Origin: Hydrurus foetidus | Taxonomy: Eukaryota | NCBI GenBank assembly: GCA_900617105.1 | Contig: UYFQ01000001.1 | Span: 2,046,001 to 2,110,000, forward strand | Length of the DNA stretch: 64,000 nt | Reading direction: 5' to 3' | In this document: positions 10,403 to 20,019 of the stretch, one piece after another | Layout of the letters: every line of letters begins with the position of its first letter | Numbering within the stretch: the first letter of the stretch is position 1 | Made by a program: the position numbers and the translations under genes | Notes under the pieces: generated by a model | Database searches by the model: none | What the model saw: the letters and a program-made list of their open reading frames with translations, nothing else | Told to the model about the DNA's origin: nothing

Positions 10403-11001
10403 AAGACCTCGGCTTGCACGGAGCAATGCCGCCATCAGAGTGGGTCATGCGCTGGTCGCACTTGGTTAAAGCGCAAGGCAGCGTGCTGGACGTGGCCTGT
10501 GGTTATGGTCGCCACGCAAGCTGGTTTTATGGCAAAAATCACACACTAGCCCTTGTAGATCAGGCGCAAGCAGCTATTGATTACATAGCGACAATTATTC
10601 CACTTGACGCTGCCAGTGCTCACACCGCCGTGGTGGCCGACATTGAAAATGGCCCCTGGCCGTTTGCGGGCCGTCAGTTCGATGCGGTAGTGGTCACCCA
10701 CTATTTATGGCGACCGTTAGTGCCAACGCTGCTGGCCAACCTGGCGCCGGGCGGCGTGTTGATTTACGAAACTTTTGCGCAGGGCAATGAGACGGTCGGC
10801 AAGCCGTCTCGGGCAGATTTTTTGCTGCGCACAGGCGAGTTGCTTGAGGTCTGCAAAGGTCTTCGCGTGGTGGCTTTTGAAGAAGGTTTCGCCATAGATG
10901 CAGGCGGGACAAACGCCAGATTCGTCCAGCGCATTGCCGCTGTGCGTGAGGCCTTGCAGCCGCTCGAACCCAACGCACCGGCTCGTTATCCACTGGCTTG
11001 A
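10399..11001 (+). CDS. Class I SAM-dependent methyltransferase
   Basis: VLDVACGYGRH motif I, LAPGGVLIYETF. Start uncertain. Confidence 0.85.
   Translation: MKDLGLHGAMPPSEWVMRWSHLVKAQGSVLDVACGYGRHASWFYGKNHTLALVDQAQAAIDYIATIIPLDAASAHTAVVADIENGPWPFAGRQFDAVVVTHYLWRPLVPTLLANLAPGGVLIYETFAQGNETVGKPSRADFLLRTGELLEVCKGLRVVAFEEGFAIDAGGTNARFVQRIAAVREALQPLEPNAPARYPLA
10549..10589 (-). repeat. 41-bp element, copy 3 (inside methyltransferase CDS)
   Basis: GCCC-TTGTAGATC-AGGC-GCAAGCA-GCTA-TTGATTACA-TAGC, read in frame as ALVDQAQAAIDYIA. Confidence 0.85.
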
Positions 11002-11080
11002 ATCGCCGTAAAAACAGCGTCCTGACTGAGTAGAATGGTTAACCAGCTTCAGTAAAAGCGCTCCCAAGCAAATTGAACCC

Positions 11081-11965
11081 ATGAACACCATTACCGGCAG
11101 CATCGTTGCCCTGGCAACCCCCCTTCACCCAGACGGCAGCGTGGACTACCCCACCCTGCGCAAACTGGTGGACTGGCACGTGGCTGAAGGCACAGATTGC
11201 ATTGGCGTGGTCGGCACCACGGGCGAGTCACCGACCGTCAATGTTGAAGAGCACTGCGAAATTATTCGCGTGTCGGTCGACCAAGCCGCCAAGCGGGTAC
11301 CCATCATGGCCGGCTGCGGCGCAAATTCGACCAAAGAAGCCATCGAGCTCGCCAAATTCGCCAGGCAAGTTGGTGCTGACTGCCAATTGCAAGTCGTGCC
11401 GTACTACAACCGCCCTACACAAGAAGGCCAGTACCAGCACTTCAAGGCCATTGCTGAAGCCACGCCAGACCTGCCCTGCATTTTGTACAACGTACCGGGC
11501 CGCACCGTAGCCGACATGCTGCACGCCACCGTGTTGCGGCTGGCGCAAATACCCAGCATCGTCGGCATCAAGGAAGCCACCGGCAACCTTGAGCGGGCGC
11601 AGTGGCTGATCAAAGAAGTGCCCAAAGGTTTTGCGGTTTATTCGGGCGACGACGCTACAGCTGTGGCGCTGATGCTTTGCGGCGGGCAAGGCAACGTTAG
11701 CGTTACGGCCAATATTGCCCCCAAGCTGATGCACGAGCTGTGTGTGGCCGCAGTAGCCGGTGACGCCGCCAAAGCCATGGCTATTCAGCTCAAGCTGCTG
11801 CCGCTGCACAAGCATTTGTTTGTTGAAGCCAACCCGATTCCCATCAAGTGGGCCATGGCACGCATGGGCCTGTGCGGCCCCACGCTGCGCTTGCCCATGA
11901 CGCCGCTTGAAGCCAGCAACGAAAGCACCGTTGAAGGCGCAATGCGCCAATGCGGTTTGATCTGA
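11081..11965 (+). CDS. dapA: 4-hydroxy-tetrahydrodipicolinate synthase
   Basis: [14 protein letters not shown] and GIKEATG motifs. Confidence 0.97.
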   Translation: MNTITGSIVALATPLHPDGSVDYPTLRKLVDWHVAEGTDCIGVVGTTGESPTVNVEEHCEIIRVSVDQAAKRVPIMAGCGANSTKEAIELAKFARQVGADCQLQVVPYYNRPTQEGQYQHFKAIAEATPDLPCILYNVPGRTVADMLHATVLRLAQIPSIVGIKEATGNLERAQWLIKEVPKGFAVYSGDDATAVALMLCGGQGNVSVTANIAPKLMHELCVAAVAGDAAKAMAIQLKLLPLHKHLFVEANPIPIKWAMARMGLCGPTLRLPMTPLEASNESTVEGAMRQCGLI

Positions 11966-11982
11966 TTTTTAAGGACTATCCT

Positions 11983-13131
11983 GTGAAACTTTTGCAAAAT
12001 CGCGCCCGTTATGACCTGGTTGCCCGTTTGGGCGCTGCAACTATTTTGGCCGGGGCGGTGCTGCTGGCCGGGTGTTCATCTTTAAGCAATTTAATGGCGG
12101 GCGACAAAATTGACTACAAGTCCAGCGGTAAAAGTGGCCCATCACTTGAAGTGCCGCCCGATTTGACCCAGCTCAGCCGCGAAACCCGCTACGTTGTGCC
12201 CGGCAGTGCCGTTAGCGCCAGCGCTTTTGAGGCTGGCAAGGGCGTAAGAGATTCGCCGGTTGCGGCACTGAGCGTGGGCGATGTGCGCATTGAGCGCGCT
12301 GGCAACCAGCGCTGGCTGGTGGTGAACCGCCCGGCCGACAAGTTGTGGGGCCCCATGCGCGATTTTTGGCTAGAAAGCGGCTTTTTGTTGGCGCTTGACC
12401 AGGAAAACCTGGGCATCATGGAAACCGACTACGCTGAAAACCGCGCCAAGTTACCGCAAGACTTCATTCGCGAAACCATCGGCAAGGTTTTTGAAAACTT
12501 ATATTCCACCGGCGAACGCGACAAGTTTAGAACCCGGCTGGAACGCAACGCAATGGGTGGCACTGAGATTTACATCAGCCACCGCGGCTTGGTCGAAACC
12601 GTGATCAGTTTGTCGGGCACCAAGACCGGTACCGGCGACGGCACCGTATGGCAACCGCGCCCGGCCGACCCAGAACTGGAAGCCGAATTTTTGCGCCGCT
12701 TGATGGTCAAGCTGGGCGTGAGCCAAGAGCAATCCAAAGCGCTGGTAGCCTCGGGCACGACCAAGCCAACGTCCCGCCTGGCAACCGTTGCTGGCGCGCC
12801 CGTGATTCAAATCGATGAGGGTTTTGACCGCGCCTGGCGGCGTGTGGGCCTGAGCCTTGACCGCACCGGCTTCACGGTAGAAGACCGTGACCGCACGCAA
12901 GGCACTTACTTTGTACGCTACGTCGAGTCGACCGCAGACAAAAAAGAGCCTGGCTTTTTGGGCAAACTTTTTAGCGGCTCGACGCCTACCGCGCCTCCAC
13001 TGAAGTATCGTATTTTGCTTAAAAGCCAGGGCGAGGCGACCACAGTGTCCGTGCTCAATGCGCAAGGTGTTGCGGAGCCGTCTGCCAATGCGCAACGTAT
13101 TGTGCAGGTCATTGTTGACGACCTGAAGTAA
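11983..13131 (+). CDS. bamC: Outer membrane protein assembly lipoprotein BamC
   Basis: Lipobox LAGC, LEVPPDL, follows dapA. GTG start chosen from the upstream AAGGA RBS. Confidence 0.9.
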   Translation: MKLLQNRARYDLVARLGAATILAGAVLLAGCSSLSNLMAGDKIDYKSSGKSGPSLEVPPDLTQLSRETRYVVPGSAVSASAFEAGKGVRDSPVAALSVGDVRIERAGNQRWLVVNRPADKLWGPMRDFWLESGFLLALDQENLGIMETDYAENRAKLPQDFIRETIGKVFENLYSTGERDKFRTRLERNAMGGTEIYISHRGLVETVISLSGTKTGTGDGTVWQPRPADPELEAEFLRRLMVKLGVSQEQSKALVASGTTKPTSRLATVAGAPVIQIDEGFDRAWRRVGLSLDRTGFTVEDRDRTQGTYFVRYVESTADKKEPGFLGKLFSGSTPTAPPLKYRILLKSQGEATTVSVLNAQGVAEPSANAQRIVQVIVDDLK

Positions 13132-13182
13132 GCCAGGCGTGAGCTGCGCTGAAGCCGTGCGGGTGCGTCGGAGCCAGCCGCA

Positions 13183-13956
13183 GTGCTGAGGTTTAAAAGC
13201 CTGGGCAGCGGCAGCACTGGTAATGCGGCAGTTGTCGAAAGTGACGGCCACCAGCCGACCCGCTTATTGATCGATTGCGGTTTTGGCATGCGGCATTTGC
13301 TGGCCCGGCTCGAAGCTGCAGGCTTGCAAGGCGGCGACATTGACGCGATCTTCATCACGCATGAGCATGGCGATCACATTGGCTGCGCAGCGGCTTACGC
13401 TTTGCGCTATGAAATTCCTGTCTGGATGAGTGCCGGCACCTACGCTGCAATAGGTTCACCGCCACTGAACGGTTTGCTGCGCATTGCGCGAGATGGCGAA
13501 TCCATTGCTTTGGGCACAATGACTGCGTTGCCTTTTACCGTGCCACACGACGCCAGAGAGCCGCTGCAGCTGACCTGCAGCAGCGGCTCGGCAAAGCTGG
13601 GCGTACTGACTGACTTGGGCCACGCCACCAGCCACGTGCTCAGTCACCTTCAGGCATGCACTGCGCTGCTGCTGGAGTTCAATCACGACACGAACTTGCT
13701 GGCTGCATCGGGCTACCCTGAATTTTTAAAACGCAGAGTCGGTGGACCCTATGGCCACCTGTGCAACGACAACGCAGCGCAAATCGCCAAAGACGTGACT
13801 CACAGCGGATTAAAAACGATCGTGGCCGCGCATTTAAGCTCGCAAAACAACAGCCCAGAACTGGCGAAGGCCAGCCTGAGCAAAGCGGCGGTTCGCGGCG
13901 ACACCGACATCGTTATTGCAGATGCAGCAAGCGGGTGCAATTGGATAACGATGTAG
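13183..13956 (+). CDS. MBL-fold metallo-hydrolase (YycJ/WalJ-like)
   Basis: SLGSGSTGN, THEHGDH, VPHDAREP and HLS motifs. Confidence 0.9.
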   Translation: MLRFKSLGSGSTGNAAVVESDGHQPTRLLIDCGFGMRHLLARLEAAGLQGGDIDAIFITHEHGDHIGCAAAYALRYEIPVWMSAGTYAAIGSPPLNGLLRIARDGESIALGTMTALPFTVPHDAREPLQLTCSSGSAKLGVLTDLGHATSHVLSHLQACTALLLEFNHDTNLLAASGYPEFLKRRVGGPYGHLCNDNAAQIAKDVTHSGLKTIVAAHLSSQNNSPELAKASLSKAAVRGDTDIVIADAASGCNWITM

Positions 13957-13997
13957 CGTTCCGGCTTCCGGTCAGGTCGACAAGAAGAGTACAGACG

Positions 13998-14024
13998 AAA
14001 AAAAGCCGCCTTGCGGCGGCTTTT
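13998..14024. terminator. Bidirectional rho-independent terminator
   Basis: AAAAAAA-GCCGCC-TTGC-GGCGGC-TTTT between convergent genes. Confidence 0.85.
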
Positions 14025-14039
14025 CAACTGAAGCAAAGC

Positions 14040-14393
14040 TTATGGCTTGGCTGGAGCAGCTGGCATTGCGGCCTTAGCAGCGTCAGCAGCTTTTTTGGCA
14101 GCGTCGCCAGCGGCGTCTTTAGCAGCGCCAGCTGCGTCTTTGGCAGCGCCCATGGCGTCCTTGGCAGCGTCCATTGCGCCAGATGCAGCGCCGGTAGCGG
14201 CCGAAGCAGCACCGGTAGCAACAGCAGCAGCGCCAGAGGCAGCAGCAGCAGCGGCTTCAGCCGCAGGAGCTGGTGCAGCAGCAGGTGCTGGAGCAACCAC
14301 TGGAGCTGGTGCAGGCACGTCAACTTTTTTCTCACCGCAAGCGGCCAGAGCAACGGCGGCAACTACAGCTGCCAAAACGAGAGATTTATTCAT
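14040..14393 (-). CDS. Ala/Pro-rich small lipoprotein
   Basis: MNKSLVLAAVVAAVALAAC lipobox, then low-complexity AKDAAG repeats. Confidence 0.85.
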   Translation of the reverse strand: MNKSLVLAAVVAAVALAACGEKKVDVPAPAPVVAPAPAAAPAPAAEAAAAAASGAAAVATGAASAATGAASGAMDAAKDAMGAAKDAAGAAKDAAGDAAKKAADAAKAAMPAAPAKP

Positions 14394-14578
14394 TTCACAA
14401 TCCTTAAAAATAAAAAAAAACAATTTCCGGAAATTGTCAAAATTTGGGAGCACCCGGCAATCTTGACCAGACAAAAGGACTCGAGCTCTTGTGTCCAGCC
14501 TCAAATTATAGCCCGGATTACAAACCACTCGAAAAGTTGCGTAACCGCCGCACGGCCAAGCTTTGCGCCACTGCCCTG

Positions 14579-15121
14579 CTACAAACCGAGGGTGGTTGCA
14601 GCGAAAGCGGGCGACGACAAGCGCAAGCACTCGTCCAGGCGTTCGCGCAGCGCAACCCGCCTGGCGGGCTCGGCCCCGGCCATGCCTGTCGAGCGCACCA
14701 GGTCGAGCTTTTGGCAAACCCACACCGGGCTCCACAGGCCAGAAGGAAAATCGTCGGCCGCTAACTGCGTGTTGGCCCGGCACGTCACGATATGCGCCCA
14801 AGTGCGCCGCCACGTTACAAAACGGGCGTGTCTACGCGTAACTTCGTCGTAATTTCTGGCCAGCATCGTGAAGGTACGGCCAGTTTTTGACCAGTCGTTA
14901 AGCGACTGCGCAACCGCTCGCTCGCCCAAAGGCCAGCTTTCAAAATTCGCATCGCTGATCACGATTTCGCGCCAGCCCTGCGCAGCCGCTGTCGCCAACG
15001 CCAGTCGAATCACCGCTGCAAACTGCGTTGGCCCTTCAATTCGGCCCTGCGGCAGTGGCATTAGCTCAGAAGTTGCAGCGGGTGCAACAAGGCTTTCGGG
15101 GTTGGCGGGTGGTGTAGTCAT
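14579..15121 (-). CDS. Conserved hypothetical protein (DUF7931-like/unknown)
   Basis: 180-aa ORF co-oriented with the cupin gene; DANFESWPLGER, RHARFVTWRR. Confidence 0.7.
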   Translation of the reverse strand: MTTPPANPESLVAPAATSELMPLPQGRIEGPTQFAAVIRLALATAAAQGWREIVISDANFESWPLGERAVAQSLNDWSKTGRTFTMLARNYDEVTRRHARFVTWRRTWAHIVTCRANTQLAADDFPSGLWSPVWVCQKLDLVRSTGMAGAEPARRVALRERLDECLRLSSPAFAATTLGL

Positions 15122-15155
15122 GGTGGCGTCATCATGCCGTCAGCTCAGTCATCGG

Positions 15156-16349
15156 TCAATCAATCGCCAGCCACCCGTCCGCGCGCCAGTCCGATAACAA
15201 TTGGAGTGCGCCGTTGCTGGCTTTTACAAGTTCAACTGAGGTAAGGCCGCGTTGGTCAGCCAGGCGCCGCATCAAAGCTGCGTCTGCCCCTTTAGCTCGG
15301 TAGCTTTCACCGTTGATGAAGATGTGATCCGCGTCGTACATCATGCGTGTTTGGGTGGACAAGGTGATGCGGCTGGGCCGGGTTGGCAAGCCCACCATAA
15401 CGCTTGCTTCATCAAACCACACGCCAGCCTTGGGCGCGGTCATGATTTCGCCCAACGCACAGGCAACGGCCAGCGGGTTTTGCAGCGCGCGATTAACCGC
15501 GTCACGTGCAAATTCGGTTAGCGACGGTGGCAGCAGCGCGGGGTTTGCGGTTGCCGCTTGTTGCGGGTCGCGGTAGCGTTTTTTCGTCAAGGCGTTGTGC
15601 GCGTCTTCGGCTTGCAGTGCATCTTCGCCAAACTCAGCCAACCGGTGCAGCAGCTCGCAAGCCAGTTCTTCGCTAGCAGGCGACTTGAAACCAATCGAGT
15701 AAGTCATGCAGTCCAGCGCCTTGCCATCAGGCCCTGTGGCCGCCTCAGCCATACCGTCGTGCGCATAGTGCGGCGGCAGGTACAGCATGTCGCCCGCGTG
15801 CAGCACAAATTCTTCTTCGGCTTTGAAATTTTTCAAAATTTTCAACGGCAAATCGGGCTGCAGGCTCAAGTCTTTTTGCTTGGCAATTTTCCAGCGGCGG
15901 CTGCCACTGGCCTGCAATAAAAACACGTCGTAACTGTCAACGTGCGGGCCCACGCCGCCGCCCGCCGAAGCATAAGAAATCATCACGTCGTCGAGCCGCG
16001 CATCGGGCACAAACCGAAATTGCTGCAGCAGCTGGTGCACCGCTGCATCAATGGCGTCAACGCCTTGCACCAGCAGCGTCCAGCCTGGCTGGCTGACGGG
16101 CGGAAGACGGCGGCTTGTAAACGGGCCGCTTTTCATCTTCCACGCGGGCCCGGACTTCACCAGCAACCTTGACTCCACGCCCGCTGTAGCCGCCAATTTA
16201 AACAAGGCGGCCCGGCTCAGCAATGGCTTTGAGCCCACAAACTCAGGCACCGCAGCGCGCACCAGCAGCGGTTTTTTTTGCCAGTGGCGGCGCATGAATT
16301 GCGCAGGCGTCAAGCCGGCAAGCAAAGGCAAAGCAAGTTGAGGTTCCAT
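15156..16349 (-). CDS. JmjC/cupin-4 ribosomal oxygenase (RoxA/YcfD-like)
   Basis: WQKKPLL, DDVMISYA, GVGPHVDSYDVFLLQ, GDMLYLPP...HDG motifs. Confidence 0.9.
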   Translation of the reverse strand: MEPQLALPLLAGLTPAQFMRRHWQKKPLLVRAAVPEFVGSKPLLSRAALFKLAATAGVESRLLVKSGPAWKMKSGPFTSRRLPPVSQPGWTLLVQGVDAIDAAVHQLLQQFRFVPDARLDDVMISYASAGGGVGPHVDSYDVFLLQASGSRRWKIAKQKDLSLQPDLPLKILKNFKAEEEFVLHAGDMLYLPPHYAHDGMAEAATGPDGKALDCMTYSIGFKSPASEELACELLHRLAEFGEDALQAEDAHNALTKKRYRDPQQAATANPALLPPSLTEFARDAVNRALQNPLAVACALGEIMTAPKAGVWFDEASVMVGLPTRPSRITLSTQTRMMYDADHIFINGESYRAKGADAALMRRLADQRGLTSVELVKASNGALQLLSDWRADGWLAID

Positions 16350-16363
16350 GGGACAATTGTGCG

Positions 16364-16894
16364 ATGAAAATCACCCCACAATGCGTTGTAGCCCTTGCCT
16401 GGACATTAAAAGATACGCTCGGCGAAGTTCTAGATGAACTCGACGAGCCAGTCGAATTTTTACTAGGCGGCAACGACCTGCTGGCCAGCATTGAAGCGGC
16501 CCTGCAAAACCAAGAAGCCGGCGCGGCCATCGATTTGCACTTAGAGCCCGAACAAGCCTTTGGCGACTACGACGAACAGCTGGTTTTCCTGGAGCCACGC
16601 GCGCTTTTCCCGGCCGAGCTGGAAGAAGGCATGACATTTGACGGCGCGGCCCTTCCCGTCGGTGCCAACCCTGACACACCCCAAGACCACATCTACACCG
16701 TGACCGAAATTTACCCCGAGCATGTGGTGCTCGACGGCAACCACCCGTTGGCCGGCATTGCACTCAGGTTGAGCTTGAAGGTGGAATCGGTGCGCGAAGC
16801 CACTGAGGCTGAAGTCGGCGAAGGCTCGCTAGGCACTGGCTTTTTTAAACTTGAAGCGCTCGACTCGATGCCGCCAGACACCACCATGCATTGA
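16364..16894 (+). CDS. FKBP-type peptidyl-prolyl isomerase (SlyD-like)
   Basis: PEQAFG, VLDGNHPLAG and VREATE motifs. Confidence 0.9.
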   Translation: MKITPQCVVALAWTLKDTLGEVLDELDEPVEFLLGGNDLLASIEAALQNQEAGAAIDLHLEPEQAFGDYDEQLVFLEPRALFPAELEEGMTFDGAALPVGANPDTPQDHIYTVTEIYPEHVVLDGNHPLAGIALRLSLKVESVREATEAEVGEGSLGTGFFKLEALDSMPPDTTMH

Positions 16895-16931
16895 TTTTTT
16901 TTATGGTGGGGCTCTCACCAGGGCCAAACTT

Positions 16932-16972
16932 GCTACATTATTTATAGCTGCTCGCGCCCGTAAAATTTCGCT
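16932..16972 (+). repeat. 41-bp element, copy 4
   Basis: GCTA-CATTATTTA-TAGC-TGCTCGC-GCCC-GTAAAATTT-CGCT, plus phased tracts to ~17017. Confidence 0.88.
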
Positions 16973-17368
16973 TGCAGCTATTTTTTTACTCAAAGTTGGC
17001 TTATTTAGCCTCTTTTTAGGCCTAACAGCACAAAGCGTCGTGTGCCGTCAGGCCAAGCAGATCGACTCCACACGCTACAGCCACGGGCAGGTGCAGCCGT
17101 GCGGTTGATAATAAGTCGTTGTGCTTACCGAGTACCCTCATTTTTTAACCCGGCAGCCGATGCGCAGCTAAAAGACGCACCTTCGTGACAACATTTGCGT
17201 CGTAAAGCGTTTTTATGTCAAAACTGTCATTTTCGGTGAGCACATCAGTTTTCTAATCACGTTTGTGACGTGTGAGGGCGTTCTTCACACATTTTGCAAT
17301 CCAGACAACCCAAGCTACTCGAGCACGCAAGTTGCGCGAATAAGCCCCTCCTGAACCCAAGGAAAACC

Positions 17369-19696
17369 ATGAAACTCGTCGATTTAAAAAGAAAAAAGTC
17401 TCTCTCATTGTCTGTACTGAGCCTTCTGCTCGGCTCCGTTTACTTAACCTCTTGCGGCGGCGGCAGCGAGACCGCGGCTAGCAGCAGCGCCAACATGAAC
17501 ACAACAGCAGATGCTTCTTCGCCTGCATTTAACTTAAAGGGTTTTACGGAATGCGGCAAGCAAGACGACATACTGGACCTGAAGGTCAAAACGCACGTTG
17601 CTTTTGGCCTTGACAAGGCTGATAGGAAAGATGGGGCTGAGAGCAAGTTTGTTTACCTCTATGCTCAAACAGGCAAATTAAAGCTCTCAGCCGACGTATT
17701 TGGCAACGACCCCATCCCACCGCTGTACAAAAAAGGGTATTGCAAAGTAGTCACTGCTGACAACAACGATGCCGTCGTGCTCAGCGCAGCAATGGCCAAA
17801 ATCAAAGCGCACTTAGAGGGCACGTCAGTGATGACAGCAGAGCAACTGCAAGAGCAAGACGACCGCATCACGCAGACCACCTATACGCTGTCTGAAAATA
17901 AAGGCAATATTACCCAGGCGTTTGCTTTGATAAACGCCTACGAAACCAAGGAAAAAGGCGCATTTTTTATCAATGCCAAAACCAAAGAAGGCTTTCCAAA
18001 CTTTTCGGGGAAAGCAGACAACTTTGGACTTGACCGCGCCGTGTTGGCCATTCAGCAAAGCATTTTTGACTTCGCTTTCACACCTGCCGCGCTGGCAACT
18101 TATCGCGACACGCTGGCCGGGCTGAAATTCAACAGCTCCGATTGGTTCCCGGGCAAGGTGAAAGCCCCAGCTGTGGCCAGCACGGTTTACACCGCCGAAA
18201 TAAACGGTACGGTAGTTAAAGACGTAGGCATCCGCAGCGCTTTCTCTCAGCACTACGCACGTCGCCCCACCGGCTATTACCTGGCCGCTGGTGACATTGC
18301 CAAAATTACCGTGCCTGACTCTATCCCCAAAGATGGCACGTTCAAGATTCGTGTGGGTGCCAATGTGCACGACAAGTACATCAAGAGCACGATTGAGCGA
18401 CCGTTTCGGATCAGCAACCAATTTCCCATCGTGAGTAAAGTCACTGAGATTGCCAACCCTTATGGTGGCGGCATTTACATCGATGTGCCTTACTTGGCGA
18501 CAGCAGGTGCAAGCGTAAAAATTGAAATTCAAAACGTGGTGCCAGCACCGTTTTTCCAGAGCACCGCCTTGAAGAAAACAACACTGGACGATTGGAAAAC
18601 TACGCTGCGCAACCACCCCGCGCCTTGGGCCGACTTCATGAGCGACAAAGTCATGCTCACGGTTCCCACCAAGTGGATCTACGCGTACGACGATCCAGTG
18701 GCGCTCATGAAAGATTGGGACAACCGCATTGACACCATATCGGCCCTGACTGGCAAGCAAAAAGTCAGAAACAACCAGGTGCTTTACGCAATCGTCGACA
18801 CCAGCTTACTTGGCGACGGCTTTGGTATCGGCTACCCCACCGGTAACAACGATTACAAGCCCGGCAGAACGACCAACGGCAACGAGAAGCATTGGTTGTT
18901 AGTTCCGGGTAGCTCTCAACTCAAATTTGGAGCTTCAGAGTTTCACGAGCTTGGCCATGCCGACCTATTTAGCAATTTTGGTGGTGAAGGCGAAGCAAGC
19001 ATTAACCTGCTGTACATCGCAATCAAAAACAACCTGTACAAAGAAAACATCGACGAAGCCCTCGGCGAATCGATGGGCAGGCACAAGGCAATTGGGCGCG
19101 ACGTAGCAGCCGTTAACTGGATGGTGACGCCCAACTTCCGGGCTGGCAATGCGATGGACACCAGCAGTTCTGAAAAAAATGAGGTGCGTTATCAAGAGCG
19201 CGGCTACGCCAAGTATGTTGAGATTGCAGCACTTTTTGGATGGGACAAACTGGAGGCTTTTTGGGCTGAAGAAAACCGGGTGGCAATACCAGGCAAGGAT
19301 CCGTCCACCGAAACCGACAGCAGAATCTTGCGCATGTCGAAGGCAGCTGGCGTAGACCTTACCCCGCTGATTCACTTTTGGGGTGTACAGCCAAATAACC
19401 CGGTAGCGCTCAAAGCTGCAATTACCGCCGCCAACTTGCCGAGTTCTAACTTGATCTACGAGCGATTGGTGCTTTACAAAGGGCTAATCCCGCTGACCAA
19501 CGACGCCTTCAAAATACACGCAGGTGTATTTTTAGACAAACCCATCAAAGATATCAACGGCACAGGCAAGAGCGCTGATTACGGCGAAGGTTGGTACGCC
19601 GCCGCTATCCCTACCTACGGACCGGCGCAAGGAGACGCTGCACAAAAGGCGATGGACAATATCATCAAGACCTACTTCCCCGGCAGTAGACCTTAA
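17369..19696 (+). CDS. M60-like (peptidase M60/enhancin-type) zinc metallopeptidase, lipoprotein
   Basis: Lipobox LTSC, PTGYYLAAGD, NPYGGGIYI, APWADF, HELGH followed by GEGEASINL (gluzincin). Codon usage is AT-richer than the flanks. Confidence 0.85.
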   Translation: MKLVDLKRKKSLSLSVLSLLLGSVYLTSCGGGSETAASSSANMNTTADASSPAFNLKGFTECGKQDDILDLKVKTHVAFGLDKADRKDGAESKFVYLYAQTGKLKLSADVFGNDPIPPLYKKGYCKVVTADNNDAVVLSAAMAKIKAHLEGTSVMTAEQLQEQDDRITQTTYTLSENKGNITQAFALINAYETKEKGAFFINAKTKEGFPNFSGKADNFGLDRAVLAIQQSIFDFAFTPAALATYRDTLAGLKFNSSDWFPGKVKAPAVASTVYTAEINGTVVKDVGIRSAFSQHYARRPTGYYLAAGDIAKITVPDSIPKDGTFKIRVGANVHDKYIKSTIERPFRISNQFPIVSKVTEIANPYGGGIYIDVPYLATAGASVKIEIQNVVPAPFFQSTALKKTTLDDWKTTLRNHPAPWADFMSDKVMLTVPTKWIYAYDDPVALMKDWDNRIDTISALTGKQKVRNNQVLYAIVDTSLLGDGFGIGYPTGNNDYKPGRTTNGNEKHWLLVPGSSQLKFGASEFHELGHADLFSNFGGEGEASINLLYIAIKNNLYKENIDEALGESMGRHKAIGRDVAAVNWMVTPNFRAGNAMDTSSSEKNEVRYQERGYAKYVEIAALFGWDKLEAFWAEENRVAIPGKDPSTETDSRILRMSKAAGVDLTPLIHFWGVQPNNPVALKAAITAANLPSSNLIYERLVLYKGLIPLTNDAFKIHAGVFLDKPIKDINGTGKSADYGEGWYAAAIPTYGPAQGDAAQKAMDNIIKTYFPGSRP

Positions 19697-19718
19697 CGAG
19701 CCGGGTGTTCGGTTATTT

Positions 19719-19759
19719 ACTATAAATTAGATAGCTGCTCGCGCCCGTATTAATTGGGC
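19719..19759 (+). repeat. 41-bp element, copy 5
   Basis: ACTA-TAAATTAGA-TAGC-TGCTCGC-GCCC-GTATTAATT-GGGC, with tracts at 19780/19790/19800/19810. Confidence 0.92.
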
Positions 19760-19847
19760 TACAGCTCGATTCGGCACCCAAAAAGTGCCATTTTGAGCGA
19801 TTTCAACCCAAATCGCCACCAATCCCCATTCATCAATCGCTAGCCAA

Positions 19848-20006
19848 GCGCGGTGATTGGGCCATGCGACCGGGCTTTGGGGTGAAAGGCGCGCGGTAGC
19901 TTTGTCTACGTCAACAAAAAAATGGCCAAGCAAAAGCTTGACCCATTTTTCGTCGTCGCGCGTGATTGCACCCCAAAACCGCAGCGCATGGCCCAGTCGC
20001 CATGCG
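19848..20006. repeat. Long imperfect palindromic element (MITE/REPIN-like), copy A
   Basis: Arms GGTGATTGGGCCATGCG...TTTGGGGTG / CACCCCAAAA...CGCATGGCCCAGTCGCC with an inner AAAAATGGCCAAGC...GCTTGACCCATTTTT stem. Confidence 0.85.
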
Positions 20007-20019
20007 GAGTTGGTAGCAA

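Noticed and set aside
13761..14852. 363-aa + strand ORF and the 257-aa extension of the Ala-rich lipoprotein
   Set aside because: These are shadow frames over low-complexity GC-rich DNA that overlap better-supported genes. The lipoprotein signal begins at 14393.
17270..17290. CRP-like site upstream of the M60 gene (GTGTGA-N9-TCACAC)
   Set aside because: The spacer does not fit TGTGA-N6-TCACA. It may be another operator, but that is unsupported.
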